NCBI GenBank assembly: GCA_013153395.1
Contig: JAADEL010000030.1
Location: 1-45,882, forward strand
DNA from: Candidatus Micrarchaeota archaeon
GTDB lineage: Archaea > Micrarchaeota > Micrarchaeia > Anstonellales > J096
DNA: 45,882 nt
Direction of reading: 5' to 3'
Position 1 is the stretch's first letter. Each line of letters begins with the position of its first letter. The notes beneath the pieces are model-generated. The model had not been told where the DNA came from and did no database searches. It was given only the letters and a program-made list of their open reading frames with translations. Shown here piece after piece: positions 25,551 to 34,824 of the stretch. The translations under genes were made by a program, and so were the position numbers.

Positions 25551-26914
25551 TTTTTCTTCTTCTTGAGATATTTTTCGATTTCTTCCTTTTTAACCTTTTT
25601 GAGTTCTCGCTCAGGCAAGATAGCCAATAGCTCCCATCCTAGGTCAAGGGACTCCTCAATTGTTCTTCTTTCATAGAAGCCCTGGGCAATAAACCTCTTC
25701 TCAAACTCATCCGCAAACTTCAAGTAAAGGCGGTCTACCTCAGTCAAGGACTCTTCACCCACTACAGCCGCCAATGCCCTCAAATCTCGTCCTGTAGCAT
25801 AGGCTGCATAGAGCTGGTTGCTCACTGATTTGTGATCTTCACGGGTCTTACCCTTTCCGATACCGTTGTTCATGAGACGGCTAAGGCTAGGGAGGGGATC
25901 AATAGGAGGATAGATGTTCTTGCGGTGGAGATCCCTGCTCAACACTATCTGACCCTCGGTAATATATCCCGTAAGGTCAGGGATAGGGTGGGTTCTATCA
26001 TCGCTAGGCATGGTGAGAATAGGGATTTGGGTTACTGTTCCCTTCTTTCCCTTCACACGACCTGCCCTTTCATAGATGGTGGCAAGGTCGGTGTACATGT
26101 AACCAGGATAACCTCGCCTACCAGGGATTTCCTTTCGGGCTCCTGAAATCTCTCGGAGTGCCTCTGCATAGTTGGTCATATCTGTTATGATAACAAGCAC
26201 ATGCATGTCCTTTTCAAAGGCTAGATATTCGGCAGTGGTAAGGGCAAGTCTAGGGGTTAGCAATCTCTCAATGGATGGGTCATCTGCAAGGTTTAAGAAG
26301 AGAACGCTGCGGCCTAGGGCACCCGTCTTCTCAAATTCCTTGATAAAGAATAAGGCCTCGTCGTGAGTAATACCCACAGCCGCAAACACTACGGCAAAGT
26401 CCTCTCCTCTTACATTAGCCTGTCGGGCAATCTGGACAGCAAGCTCGTTGTGGGGCAATCCTGAACCTGAGAAAATAGGTAACTTTTGTCCTCGCACTAA
26501 GGTATTCATCACATCAATGGTTGAGATACCAGTTTCTATAAAGTCATTAGGAGGAACTCGAGAATAAGGATTGATAGGCTCTCCGTTTACGTTGAGGCGC
26601 ACTTCTGGCTTTATAGGAATCCCGTCCAAAGGCCTTCCAAATCCATCAAACTTCTTTCCCAGCACCTCCTCACTCACACCAAAGAGCATAGGTTCTCCTG
26701 TAAAGGCTACTGAGGTCTCCTTCCTGTCCATGCCCATCGTGCTTCCGAACACCTGAATAACAGCTATCTTCTCTTGAACCTCTAGCACCTGTCCTTTTAC
26801 TATCTCTCCACTAGGGAGCTTTATATTCACAATCTCTCCGTATTTTACAGGGTGATCAACCTCTACAAACAGCAAAGGTCCTGCAATCTCCTTTATGGTT
26901 TTATATTCCTTCAT
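25547..26914 (-). CDS. atpB: A-type ATP synthase subunit B
   Basis: [42 protein letters not shown] motifs. Confidence 0.98.
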   Translation of the reverse strand: MKEYKTIKEIAGPLLFVEVDHPVKYGEIVNIKLPSGEIVKGQVLEVQEKIAVIQVFGSTMGMDRKETSVAFTGEPMLFGVSEEVLGKKFDGFGRPLDGIPIKPEVRLNVNGEPINPYSRVPPNDFIETGISTIDVMNTLVRGQKLPIFSGSGLPHNELAVQIARQANVRGEDFAVVFAAVGITHDEALFFIKEFEKTGALGRSVLFLNLADDPSIERLLTPRLALTTAEYLAFEKDMHVLVIITDMTNYAEALREISGARKEIPGRRGYPGYMYTDLATIYERAGRVKGKKGTVTQIPILTMPSDDRTHPIPDLTGYITEGQIVLSRDLHRKNIYPPIDPLPSLSRLMNNGIGKGKTREDHKSVSNQLYAAYATGRDLRALAAVVGEESLTEVDRLYLKFADEFEKRFIAQGFYERRTIEESLDLGWELLAILPERELKKVKKEEIEKYLKKKKK

Positions 26915-28614
26915 GCTATCACCTTTATCTTCTCAATCAACTTCTCAATCTCTTCCTCAGACATATACTTCATTCGGGCAATCTCCTCTACCACCGGTAG
27001 CTCATAGAGCTCCTTGGCGGTCTTCTCCTCCAGGAGTTCTAGACCGCGGTGGTAGAAGGTAAGGATGGCTTTAAGCATGAGGGCCTGCTTCCTCAATGGA
27101 GTATAGGCATCTATCTCGTCAAAGGCGTTCTGCTGGAGGAAGTCCTCCCTTATCATCCTGGTCACAATAAGGATGAATTGCTCTCTTTCAGGTAGGGCAT
27201 CTGTTCCCACCAACTGCACAATCTCCAAGAGCTCCGCTTCTTTCTGGAGGAGCTCCATGGCAAGCTTGGCATTCTTGGAAAATTCTGGGTCTACCTCCTT
27301 ATCATAATACTGGTAAATCACCTCTTGGTAGAGGGAATAGCTCTTGAGCCAGTTGATAGCTGGGAAGTGTCTCCTTTGGGCCAAGGAGGCATCCAAAGCA
27401 AGGAAGGCCTTTACCACTCTCAAGGTGTTCTGGGATACAGGCTCGGAGAGGTCTCCACCAGGAGGGGACACTGCTCCAATAATGGTAACGCTACCTTCTC
27501 TATCGTTTAAGGTCTTTACACGACCTGCTCTCTCGTAGAACTCGGCAATCTTCTTTGCCAAGTAGGCAGGATATCCCTCTTCTCCAGGCATCTCCTCCAA
27601 TCTACCTGAAATCTCTCTCAATGCCTCTGCCCATCTCGAGGTTGAATCTGCCATCAAAGCTACGTTATATCCCATGTCCCTGAAGTACTCGGCAATGGTA
27701 ACTCCCACATAGATGCTTGCCTCACGTGCGGCCACAGGCATGTTAGAGGTGTTGGCAATCAACACCGTCCTATCCATCAAAGGTCCCCCTGTCTTAGGAT
27801 CCTTGAGGTGAGGGAACTCGGTAAGGACCTCGGTCATCTCGTTTCCTCGCTCTCCACATCCGATATATACCACGATGTCAGCATCCGAGTACTTTGCCAA
27901 GGACTGCTGGGTCACGGTCTTTCCAGAACCAAAAGGGCCAGGGATTGCTACGGTTCCTCCCTTTGCTATAGGGAAGAAGCTATCAATAATCCTCATTCCG
28001 GTTACAAGCGGAAGGTCAGAGAAATACTTTTCCTTAAAAGGCCTTGGCTTTCTCACAGGCCAGTATTGAGCGAGCTTGAGCTCCTTCTTCTTTCCATCCA
28101 CCTTTACCTCTCCAATCACATCATCCACGGTGTATTCTCCTGATTTTAGGTCGGTAAGCTCTCCCTCATAAGGAGAAAGGACATAATGCTTGATGTGAGG
28201 GGTCTCCTGCACATATCCTAGGATATCTCCTACATGCACATGCTTTTTCTTTATGGTTTTCTTGAACTCCCATTTCTTCTCCCTGTCCAAGGAAGGTACC
28301 TCTATACCTCGTTTGATAAATATGCTACCGGAGATCTCCTCTATCTTGGAAAGAGGTCTCTCCAGACCATCATAGATTCCCTTGAGGATACCTGGTCCTA
28401 GTTCAACCGAAAGAGGTTTTCCGGTGGCCTCCACAGGCTCTCCTACCTGAAGGCCCGTAGTATCCTCATAAACCTGAATCACTGCATCATTCCCTACTAT
28501 CTTGATAACCTCTCCAAACAGCCTTTCCTCTCCTACCTTTACTATCTCGTACATTGAAGCTTTTAGGTTTGCAACAACCACAGGTCCTGAAATCTTCTTT
28601 ATCTTTCCTTTCAT
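26911..28614 (-). CDS. atpA: A-type ATP synthase subunit A
   Basis: [29 protein letters not shown] motifs; no intein. Confidence 0.98.
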   Translation of the reverse strand: MKGKIKKISGPVVVANLKASMYEIVKVGEERLFGEVIKIVGNDAVIQVYEDTTGLQVGEPVEATGKPLSVELGPGILKGIYDGLERPLSKIEEISGSIFIKRGIEVPSLDREKKWEFKKTIKKKHVHVGDILGYVQETPHIKHYVLSPYEGELTDLKSGEYTVDDVIGEVKVDGKKKELKLAQYWPVRKPRPFKEKYFSDLPLVTGMRIIDSFFPIAKGGTVAIPGPFGSGKTVTQQSLAKYSDADIVVYIGCGERGNEMTEVLTEFPHLKDPKTGGPLMDRTVLIANTSNMPVAAREASIYVGVTIAEYFRDMGYNVALMADSTSRWAEALREISGRLEEMPGEEGYPAYLAKKIAEFYERAGRVKTLNDREGSVTIIGAVSPPGGDLSEPVSQNTLRVVKAFLALDASLAQRRHFPAINWLKSYSLYQEVIYQYYDKEVDPEFSKNAKLAMELLQKEAELLEIVQLVGTDALPEREQFILIVTRMIREDFLQQNAFDEIDAYTPLRKQALMLKAILTFYHRGLELLEEKTAKELYELPVVEEIARMKYMSEEEIEKLIEKIKVIA

Positions 28615-28895
28615 TTCATCACCTCAATTCCCAAAGCCTCTTTTATCTCTTCTTTGAGTTGAGAAACATCACCTAAGTAGAGGAGTACTGGGAAGGTCTT
28701 TCCCAAGTACTTTTTCAATATCTTACGGTCCACCTTAAACTTATTATCACAAATAATCAATCCATAATCGCTCTGATAGAGTTCATCTATCTTTTTGTTG
28801 AATTCCTCTTCGGTTTCCACAAAATAAACATCAGGGATGCCCGCTACATAAAATCCCAACGCAAACTCCTTTCGGCCCACCACTCCAATCCTCAT
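28611..28895 (-). CDS. atpF: A-type ATP synthase subunit F
   Basis: IGVVG..FALGF..AGI and IKEALGI patterns; position before subunit A. Confidence 0.9.
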   Translation of the reverse strand: MRIGVVGRKEFALGFYVAGIPDVYFVETEEEFNKKIDELYQSDYGLIICDNKFKVDRKILKKYLGKTFPVLLYLGDVSQLKEEIKEALGIEVMK

Positions 28896-29704
28896 ACTCT
28901 CACCTTCTTCAAAATCTGGAGCTTCTCATGCTCCAACATCTTGAGCACCACATAGGCCTTCTCCACCAGATACCAAGAGGCAGGATATTTTTTTCTATAA
29001 AGTGAAAGAATATATTCCTCCAGCAGGTATTCAATCTCCTCCAGAGGTTTGTCCTTCCATTCTTCAGGAGGAGGAAGGGGCTTTACGGGAATAATAGGCT
29101 TTCCAAGATAGCGTTCTAGGATGTAAGCACGATAGGCCAGCTCTTTCTTTAACACGCTGGAGATTACTTTAGTGCGTTTTATGAGCTCCCTCTTGATCTC
29201 CAGCACAAGATAATCCAAGGCCACAGGAACCCTGTCTTCGGGCTTCATGTCCTTGGCAAACTCCAAATCCAAGTTGATTTCCCTTCCCATCTTCATGGAC
29301 CTGAGAAAGCTCAATAGAGAACGAGTTTTATAGGCTTTCATAAGCTTCTGCTTGTTATCGAGTAGGGAGTAAAGACGGGGATTCTCAACCCCACGATACT
29401 TTTGATCATAGTTAAGGAGAACATAACGGGCCTCATACTCATAAATAAACAAACGATAAAGGTCTTGATAGGATTCGGGGACAGCCTTTCCTATCTTATG
29501 GATTACCTCGATGAAACGCTTTTCTAGGGCCTTTTCTATGGAGCTCTGGATGCTCTCCCTGTAATCCAGGTATTTTCCATAATGGGTTTTCTTGAGAAGG
29601 TCGAATATGCTGGCCACACTGGTGGCCTTTTCGATCTCGTCCATCAGATGCTCAGGGATGAAGCTTCCTCTGATTCCACTAAGATAGGCGTTTAGATAGT
29701 CCAT
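28892..29704 (-). CDS. atpC: A-type ATP synthase subunit C (divergent, shortened)
   Basis: YLNA, LKKTHY and IEKAL N-terminal pattern; position between E and F. Confidence 0.78.
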   Translation of the reverse strand: MDYLNAYLSGIRGSFIPEHLMDEIEKATSVASIFDLLKKTHYGKYLDYRESIQSSIEKALEKRFIEVIHKIGKAVPESYQDLYRLFIYEYEARYVLLNYDQKYRGVENPRLYSLLDNKQKLMKAYKTRSLLSFLRSMKMGREINLDLEFAKDMKPEDRVPVALDYLVLEIKRELIKRTKVISSVLKKELAYRAYILERYLGKPIIPVKPLPPPEEWKDKPLEEIEYLLEEYILSLYRKKYPASWYLVEKAYVVLKMLEHEKLQILKKVRV

Positions 29705-29706
29705 TT

Positions 29707-30156
29707 TTACATCTCAGCGTAGATATATTCGGGATGCTCGTCTATGATCTCATCCGCCAAGGCGCTTATGTAGTACTTCTTTCCCTTGGGCCTGTACTTT
29801 ATTCCAAAGCCTGTTTTTGGGATGATAGCTTCTTCAGCCTGCTTTGCTATCTTCTCCACGTCCTTCTTGGCCTTCTTCCTAAACAACGCTAGGATCTCCT
29901 CTTTAACCTTCTGGGCCATGGCTTTCTTCTTCTCGGCCAGCTCTTTCTCGCACTGATGCTTTTTCTCGGTTAGCTTCTCCTGGAGCCACTCTTGGAGCTC
30001 CTGCTCATAGCGCTTGAGCTCTTCCTTGGCCTTTTTCTTGAGCTCTTCCTCGTATTTCTGGGCCTCCCAAGAATATTGAGAGAGAAGGGAGGCATACTCT
30101 GCCTCTAGCTTCTCCCTCTCCTCCTTGAGAATAGTGGATGTAAATCTTTCAATCAT
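29707..30156 (-). CDS. atpE: A-type ATP synthase subunit E (divergent, shortened)
   Basis: Long charged helix plus small C-terminal domain; position after K. Confidence 0.7.
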   Translation of the reverse strand: MIERFTSTILKEEREKLEAEYASLLSQYSWEAQKYEEELKKKAKEELKRYEQELQEWLQEKLTEKKHQCEKELAEKKKAMAQKVKEEILALFRKKAKKDVEKIAKQAEEAIIPKTGFGIKYRPKGKKYYISALADEIIDEHPEYIYAEM

Positions 30157-30395
30157 AGCTTCTCAATCAACAAGTAGGCAATTGCAAACGCAAACAACAC
30201 TATGGTTTCAGGGATTACTAGGTACAACAGCATGGATCCCTGCATCTCAGGTCTCTCTGCAGAGGCTGCGGCCATTGCGCTACCTATCTTACCCTGGGCA
30301 TATCCAGCGCCTAGAGCTCCTAGTCCGATTGCTAGTCCTGCACCCAATCCGATCAATCCAACTTCAGCAAGCTTAGCCATTGCTTCTTCTGCCAT
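30153..30395 (-). CDS. atpK: A-type ATP synthase proteolipid subunit K (c), single hairpin
   Basis: GxGxGxAxGxG, GYAQ, AERPE and PET motifs. Confidence 0.96.
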   Translation of the reverse strand: MAEEAMAKLAEVGLIGLGAGLAIGLGALGAGYAQGKIGSAMAAASAERPEMQGSMLLYLVIPETIVLFAFAIAYLLIEKL

Positions 30396-32157
30396 CTTTA
30401 ATCACCTCTTTCTTTAGCATGAAAGGTTTAAAAAGCCGACCTCCACCCGTATAGAACTTAGACCTAAACTCTACTAGGTTTAATCGGCCTGCTTGAATGG
30501 ATCCCTCCAACAAAATCAACAAAGCGTGGGCAAAGTGCAATATCAACACAAATATCAATCCCACAATAATGCTCGGTAGGCCGCCCAACAACCCGTTGAT
30601 GAGCTCGGCCAGTATCACACTCACAATACCCACAATCGGTAATCGAAGGTAGGAAAGGAGATTGGATACAATGGATGGGAGCTCGATTATGCCCATCAAT
30701 CCCTCTCCATACACAATGAATATCAACCCTATCAAGGCAAGCAAGACCTGGATAGAGATACCTCCTATAGAAAGGTCGGCATTCAAGGCCACCAACCCAA
30801 TATCAATCAACAGCAACAGCCATCCTAGCTTGGCCAAGGTGTGCTTGAGGTCTGCTTTAAGCACCCAGTACTTGTAAAGCCCGAGAAGATAGGCTAACAA
30901 AAGATGTACATATCCCAGTACCAATCCCACTAACATATAGGTTCCCACATCATGGGCCCTGTGAAGAATAGGATGGTATTCAATATGGATGCCTAAAGGC
31001 TCGAGGAAAGCCTGAATAGGGAATCCCATAAACTCATTGAAGGCAATACCGAAAATGATGGAGGCGATAGCTCCTAGCTTCCAGAGCTTAGCATAGTCCC
31101 GAAGCTTCTCATGCTTCTCTGCCCAATAGGCCAACGCCAATATTATCAATCCGTATAGGGCATCTCCTACGATAAATCCAAACATGATAGGCACAAAGAT
31201 ATAATAAAAGAAACTAGGGTCAATATCCACATAGGAAGGTACTCCAAACTGGAGATTAAGGCGGTGGAAGCTCTCTACCATCTTCGGAATCTCCAGGTAG
31301 GTAGGAGGCTGCTTCTTAGCCTCCTCATACTCGATATAAACCTTGTCTCCAAAATGCTTTTGGATAGCGTTCAAAGCAGGCTTGAGGAACTTCTCAGGAA
31401 TATAAGCCTCCAGAAGATAGAAGTGCTTTCCGCGGGCAAAGAGGGCTTTGGCATTCTCCCTCTCTAAATAAACCGACACTGAGGCTTTAGCATCCTTGAG
31501 TAAAGGATCCTTTTGATAGCGGGAGATTTCCTCCTCTAGCTTCTTGAGCTCCTCAGAGATCTTCTTGAGCTCTTGCTGGTATTGGTGGAGCTCTTTCTCG
31601 CTCTTGGGAACATAGAGCTTCTCTCCTTCAGGGAAGGAGACCTCCTGGTCTGCTGGTGTGATTCCTATTACCAGCACATTCTTTCCGAGGTCGTAATATT
31701 CTGCCTCGGTAAAACGTTTGAGCATCTCAGGCTTGAACTTCTTCTTAGGTACTAAGAAAGCATGAAGCTTAAACCTCTCAGGCAGCTCCTTATAAGGCAC
31801 ATAGGTAAGTATAAGGTTGCCATCTTCTATCTTTTCCAGGAGCTCCTGCTGCTTTGCCCTTAGCTGCTTTCTCTTCAGATAAAGCTCCTGAAGGTGTTGG
31901 GCCTTTTTCTGAATCTCGGGCAGCTTGAGGGCAAGCTCATCCAAAGAGAGAAGCTTTCCTCCATCCTCCACTGCCTGAAGGTCATACTCCAGCTTGCTAA
32001 AGATAGCATGTTCTTTGTCTAAGATGTTGGTAGGGAATTCTTTGATCTCGGGCTGCTTTAGCTCAAATACCCCTAGCTCATGGAGTTTCTTGAGTAGTTC
32101 ATCTTTAATATCAGGCAGAAAATAAAACCTCACCTGATATATCTTACTCGGTATCAT
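30373..32157 (-). CDS. atpI: A-type ATP synthase subunit I (a)
   Basis: PPT, PSYVDIDP, GDALYG, SYLRL (essential Arg), RLNLVEF..FY.GGG..F.PF motifs. Confidence 0.95.
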   Translation of the reverse strand: MIPSKIYQVRFYFLPDIKDELLKKLHELGVFELKQPEIKEFPTNILDKEHAIFSKLEYDLQAVEDGGKLLSLDELALKLPEIQKKAQHLQELYLKRKQLRAKQQELLEKIEDGNLILTYVPYKELPERFKLHAFLVPKKKFKPEMLKRFTEAEYYDLGKNVLVIGITPADQEVSFPEGEKLYVPKSEKELHQYQQELKKISEELKKLEEEISRYQKDPLLKDAKASVSVYLERENAKALFARGKHFYLLEAYIPEKFLKPALNAIQKHFGDKVYIEYEEAKKQPPTYLEIPKMVESFHRLNLQFGVPSYVDIDPSFFYYIFVPIMFGFIVGDALYGLIILALAYWAEKHEKLRDYAKLWKLGAIASIIFGIAFNEFMGFPIQAFLEPLGIHIEYHPILHRAHDVGTYMLVGLVLGYVHLLLAYLLGLYKYWVLKADLKHTLAKLGWLLLLIDIGLVALNADLSIGGISIQVLLALIGLIFIVYGEGLMGIIELPSIVSNLLSYLRLPIVGIVSVILAELINGLLGGLPSIIVGLIFVLILHFAHALLILLEGSIQAGRLNLVEFRSKFYTGGGRLFKPFMLKKEVIKDGRRSNG

Positions 32158-32461
32158 TTAACCTCTCCTTCCAGATTTTGTAGTAGATTTTAAAAAGCTT
32201 TTCAGCGTCAGGCTTCTTCAGCTTGGTCTTCTTGCAGTCCTCCTCTATCTTCTCCTCCTCTTTGGCCAGCTTCTGCTCGTACTTCTTCTTTAACTTGGCC
32301 TTCTCCTTCTCTAGCCACTTGGCCACTTCCCTCTCAATCTTCTGAAGCTCCTTCTCGTGATCCTCCTTGAGTTTTTTCTTCTTTTCCTCAAACTCCCTTC
32401 TCAACTCCTCTACTTCCTTCTCTACATCCAACAACCTGTCAAGGGTATCTTTAAGGGACAC
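32144..32461 (-). CDS. atpH: A-type ATP synthase subunit H (peripheral stalk)
   Basis: 105-aa E/K-rich helix, first in the operon; GTG start 22 nt from a TATA box. Confidence 0.7.
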   Translation of the reverse strand: MSLKDTLDRLLDVEKEVEELRREFEEKKKKLKEDHEKELQKIEREVAKWLEKEKAKLKKKYEQKLAKEEEKIEEDCKKTKLKKPDAEKLFKIYYKIWKERLNDTE

Positions 32462-32601
32462 GCTATTATACTAAACCTAAGGGTTTTTAAATAGGAACTA
32501 TGGCTGTGGATAGTACCTTTCCACGTCTTATTACTTTATTAGAGAAAAAGCAATATTTGCTCCCTTATACGGCGGGAGAAGGTAATCTAATAGAAGAACT
32601 A

Positions 32602-32672
32602 TGCGGCTGCCGGGATTCGAACCCGGGTCGCTGGCTTGGAAGGCCAGCATCCTACCACTAGACTACAGCCGC
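32602..32672 (-). tRNA. tRNA-Gly(TCC)
   Basis: GCGGCTG acceptor stem, CTGGC-CT-TCC-AA-GCCAG anticodon arm, TTCGAAT T-loop. Confidence 0.97.
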
Positions 32673-32694
32673 TACCCTAAATATTGGCTAAAGG

Positions 32695-32702
32695 TTTTAA
32701 AA
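32695..32702. promoter_or_regulatory. Shared palindromic TATA box (TTTTAAAA), tRNA-Gly / thermonuclease
   Basis: 22 nt from tRNA G1 and 20 nt from ATG 32723. Confidence 0.7.
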
Positions 32703-32722
32703 ACATAACTGGTAGTCTAACT

Positions 32723-33211
32723 ATGCGAGAGTACATCCTTGCCTTTCTTCTTGGCCTTGTTATAGGTCTTATTATTGGGATAATGGGTCAATCCCAGGCC
32801 CCTTCTACTGATATCCTTTACATCTATGGACCTTTTAAAATAGTGGACGGAGACACAGTGCAGAAGGTCTATCGCGATAAATATATGGACACACCTGAAC
32901 TTCGTACCGCCAAGGAATCCCAACTCTCCCTTATCAATAACTCTAGTTGTTTGAAGTATTATGCCTCTCTTGCCAAAAACTACACCGCCCAGTACTTGAG
33001 TGTGGTAGAACCGCTTGGATCTCCGGATAGATATGATAGGGAGCTTGCCATCTTTTATTCTACCACAGGAGGCATTCTGGCACTGGAGATGGTGGAGAAA
33101 GGATTAAGCTTCTGTTATTATAGGTCTCCGGTGGATGAGATCTCCGCCCAATGCCTTACATTAGAGGAAAGAGCCCGGGAAAACAAGGTAGGGATGTGGA
33201 GCTGCAAATGA
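32723..33211 (+). CDS. Membrane-anchored thermonuclease (SNase family)
   Basis: N-terminal TM; VDGDT, DTPE, DRYDR, MVEKG, ARENKVGMW motifs. Start set at ATG 32723, 20 nt after TATA. Confidence 0.85.
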   Translation: MREYILAFLLGLVIGLIIGIMGQSQAPSTDILYIYGPFKIVDGDTVQKVYRDKYMDTPELRTAKESQLSLINNSSCLKYYASLAKNYTAQYLSVVEPLGSPDRYDRELAIFYSTTGGILALEMVEKGLSFCYYRSPVDEISAQCLTLEERARENKVGMWSCK

Positions 33212-33242
33212 TTTAAAAACGTTAGTGTTAATAAAATAGAGA

Positions 33243-33314
33243 GGGCCCGTGGTCGAAGGGCTAAGATGCCGCCCTTACAAGGCGGAGGTCCAGGTTCGAG
33301 TCCTGGCGGGCCCA
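33243..33314 (+). tRNA. tRNA-Val(TAC)
   Basis: GGGCCCG acceptor stem and CCGCC-CT-TAC-AA-GGCGG anticodon arm; near-identical body to tRNA-Val(GAC). Confidence 0.97.
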
Positions 33315-33315
33315 C

Positions 33316-33918
33316 TCATACCAAAAATCCTATTAGGGCTCCTACCAAAGAACCGATAATATTGGAGGTTTCTTTTGTCCCTATTCCTTGGGCCTCAAAG
33401 TGGCCTGCCACCGAATCCGCCAAGGACCCTAGAAAACCTGCCAAGGTGATAATAAGGGTTTTCTCCAACGGAAGCTCGAACAAAAATCCTCCTACCAAGG
33501 CAATAATGGCCGCTCCTACCAAAGATGCTAGCAACCCATACTTGCTCACGCCTCCATCTCGACCAGGATCCACCTTCTTTCTCTTCACCACATCCCATAC
33601 CTCCTTATCGAAAATGCCTAGCTCAGAGGCGAATTTATCCGCTGTCACAGCGGCCATAGCTCCTAAAAAAGGCCCGGGCATGTTGAGAATAGCAAATATA
33701 ACGGGCACCAACCCGTTGGATATAACATTCTTTATTCCTCGCTTGAACTCAAAGAAGCCATGGGTTTTCTTATAGGCAATTCCGATAGTGGTTACATAGG
33801 CGGCGGCCAGCAAAAACACCACCATAACCGCAATATACCTCCAATCCCCAGTAATCCCAATAATCAAAACAACGATAAAAAGAGCACCAAGAACACCTTT
33901 CCAGTCTAAGGTTAACAT
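33316..33918 (-). CDS. DUF92 (TMEM19 family) membrane protein
   Basis: RGIKNVISNG, ADKFASELG, DGGVS, GSLADS motifs. Confidence 0.88.
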   Translation of the reverse strand: MLTLDWKGVLGALFIVVLIIGITGDWRYIAVMVVFLLAAAYVTTIGIAYKKTHGFFEFKRGIKNVISNGLVPVIFAILNMPGPFLGAMAAVTADKFASELGIFDKEVWDVVKRKKVDPGRDGGVSKYGLLASLVGAAIIALVGGFLFELPLEKTLIITLAGFLGSLADSVAGHFEAQGIGTKETSNIIGSLVGALIGFLV

Positions 33919-34019
33919 GGTGCAGGGGGCAGGATTTGAACCTGCGCAGCCACTAAGGCACCAGATTTCTCCGCCTTCTCTTGAGTCTGGCCCGTTTGAC
34001 CAGGCTCCGGCACCCCTGC
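33918..34019 (-). tRNA. tRNA-Leu(CAA) with 13-nt intron (33967-33979) and encoded CCA
   Basis: GCAGGGG acceptor stem, CCAGA-CT-CAA-G[AGAAGGCGGAGAA]A-TCTGG, long variable arm, A73-CCA. Confidence 0.93.
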
Positions 34020-34516
34020 TATCTTACCAACCCTCGGGCTTTACGCCCAGCTGAGGTAAGGCCGCGATAGGCCCTCCCTCTCCTTTTTATTATCTGCGCA
34101 ATCTTTTTATTTTTTACTCCTCGGTCTGCCAATATAACCTCAAAGTACTTATACACTCCATCTTCTCCTACCCAATACGAGTTTATAACCTCGGCATTAG
34201 GGTGTTTGCGGTTGGCCCTTTGCTCTGCAATCACCTGAAGGCTAAGCTGAGGTGGAAGAAACCTGTAGTTATGTCGAGCCTTACGGCCTGCCTTTGGGTC
34301 CCTTCTCTTTCTTCTTCCCTTTCTTACCTTTACTCGCACCACAAACACGCCCTGAACCGCTCTATATCCCAAGGACCTGGCACGGGCTATGTTGGTAGGC
34401 TTCTCTATGCGCACTATGGCTGGCTCTTTTCTCCACTGCATCAATCTCTCCTTGTAGGCAGGAGATCTCTCCTTATAGCTTTTTTGAAAGTTCTTCTGTA
34501 TTATGGAATACATCAT
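34019..34516 (-). CDS. rpl15e: 50S ribosomal protein eL15 (C-terminally short)
   Basis: [41 protein letters not shown] motifs. Confidence 0.96.
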   Translation of the reverse strand: MMYSIIQKNFQKSYKERSPAYKERLMQWRKEPAIVRIEKPTNIARARSLGYRAVQGVFVVRVKVRKGRRKRRDPKAGRKARHNYRFLPPQLSLQVIAEQRANRKHPNAEVINSYWVGEDGVYKYFEVILADRGVKNKKIAQIIKRRGRAYRGLTSAGRKARGLVR

Positions 34517-34824
34517 TCCTCACCCATCATTATGGCCTTGGCAACATCCCCTCCGGCCTTTCGGAAGAGCTCATAGGCCTTCTCTCTATCCACATTGGCC
34601 CCTTCCATGATGAGTTGGAGCTCCTCCTCGGAGGGTTCTGCCTCCTCCTTTTTAGCAGAAATAATATAAAAGGTTTGTCCTTGAATGGTTACCTTCAATA
34701 TCTCAGGTTCTACAAGGGCAAAAGGATTTTGGGATTTTATAATCACGCGGGAGGCCTTTATCTTCTCGGTTTTCCCTCCCATGCTGCGGAATAAGGCCTC
34801 TGCCTGTCTTGGGTCCATCATCAT
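34513..34824 (-). CDS. nac: Nascent polypeptide-associated complex protein
   Basis: MDPRQ, QGQTFY and C-terminal UBA-like GDVAKAIM patterns. Confidence 0.85.
   Translation of the reverse strand: MMMDPRQAEALFRSMGGKTEKIKASRVIIKSQNPFALVEPEILKVTIQGQTFYIISAKKEEAEPSEEELQLIMEGANVDREKAYELFRKAGGDVAKAIMMGEE

Noticed and set aside
26911..28614. Intein in ATP synthase subunit A (a common insertion site)
   Set aside because: Length is 567 aa and the sequence is continuous through GSGKTVTQQ.
32500..32661. 53-aa ORF as a bona fide gene
   Set aside because: The ATG is only 8-9 nt from the nearest TATA and the last third is antisense tRNA; kept only as part of a low-confidence relic finding.
12360..33314. 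Near-identical tRNA-Val copies as attL/attR of a 21-kb integrated element
   Set aside because: Both are complete tRNAs with different anticodons, and the enclosed genes are core housekeeping with no integrase.
33118..33775. ORFs 33118-33315(-) and 33266-33775(+)
   Set aside because: Shadows of tRNA-Val(TAC), the thermonuclease and DUF92.
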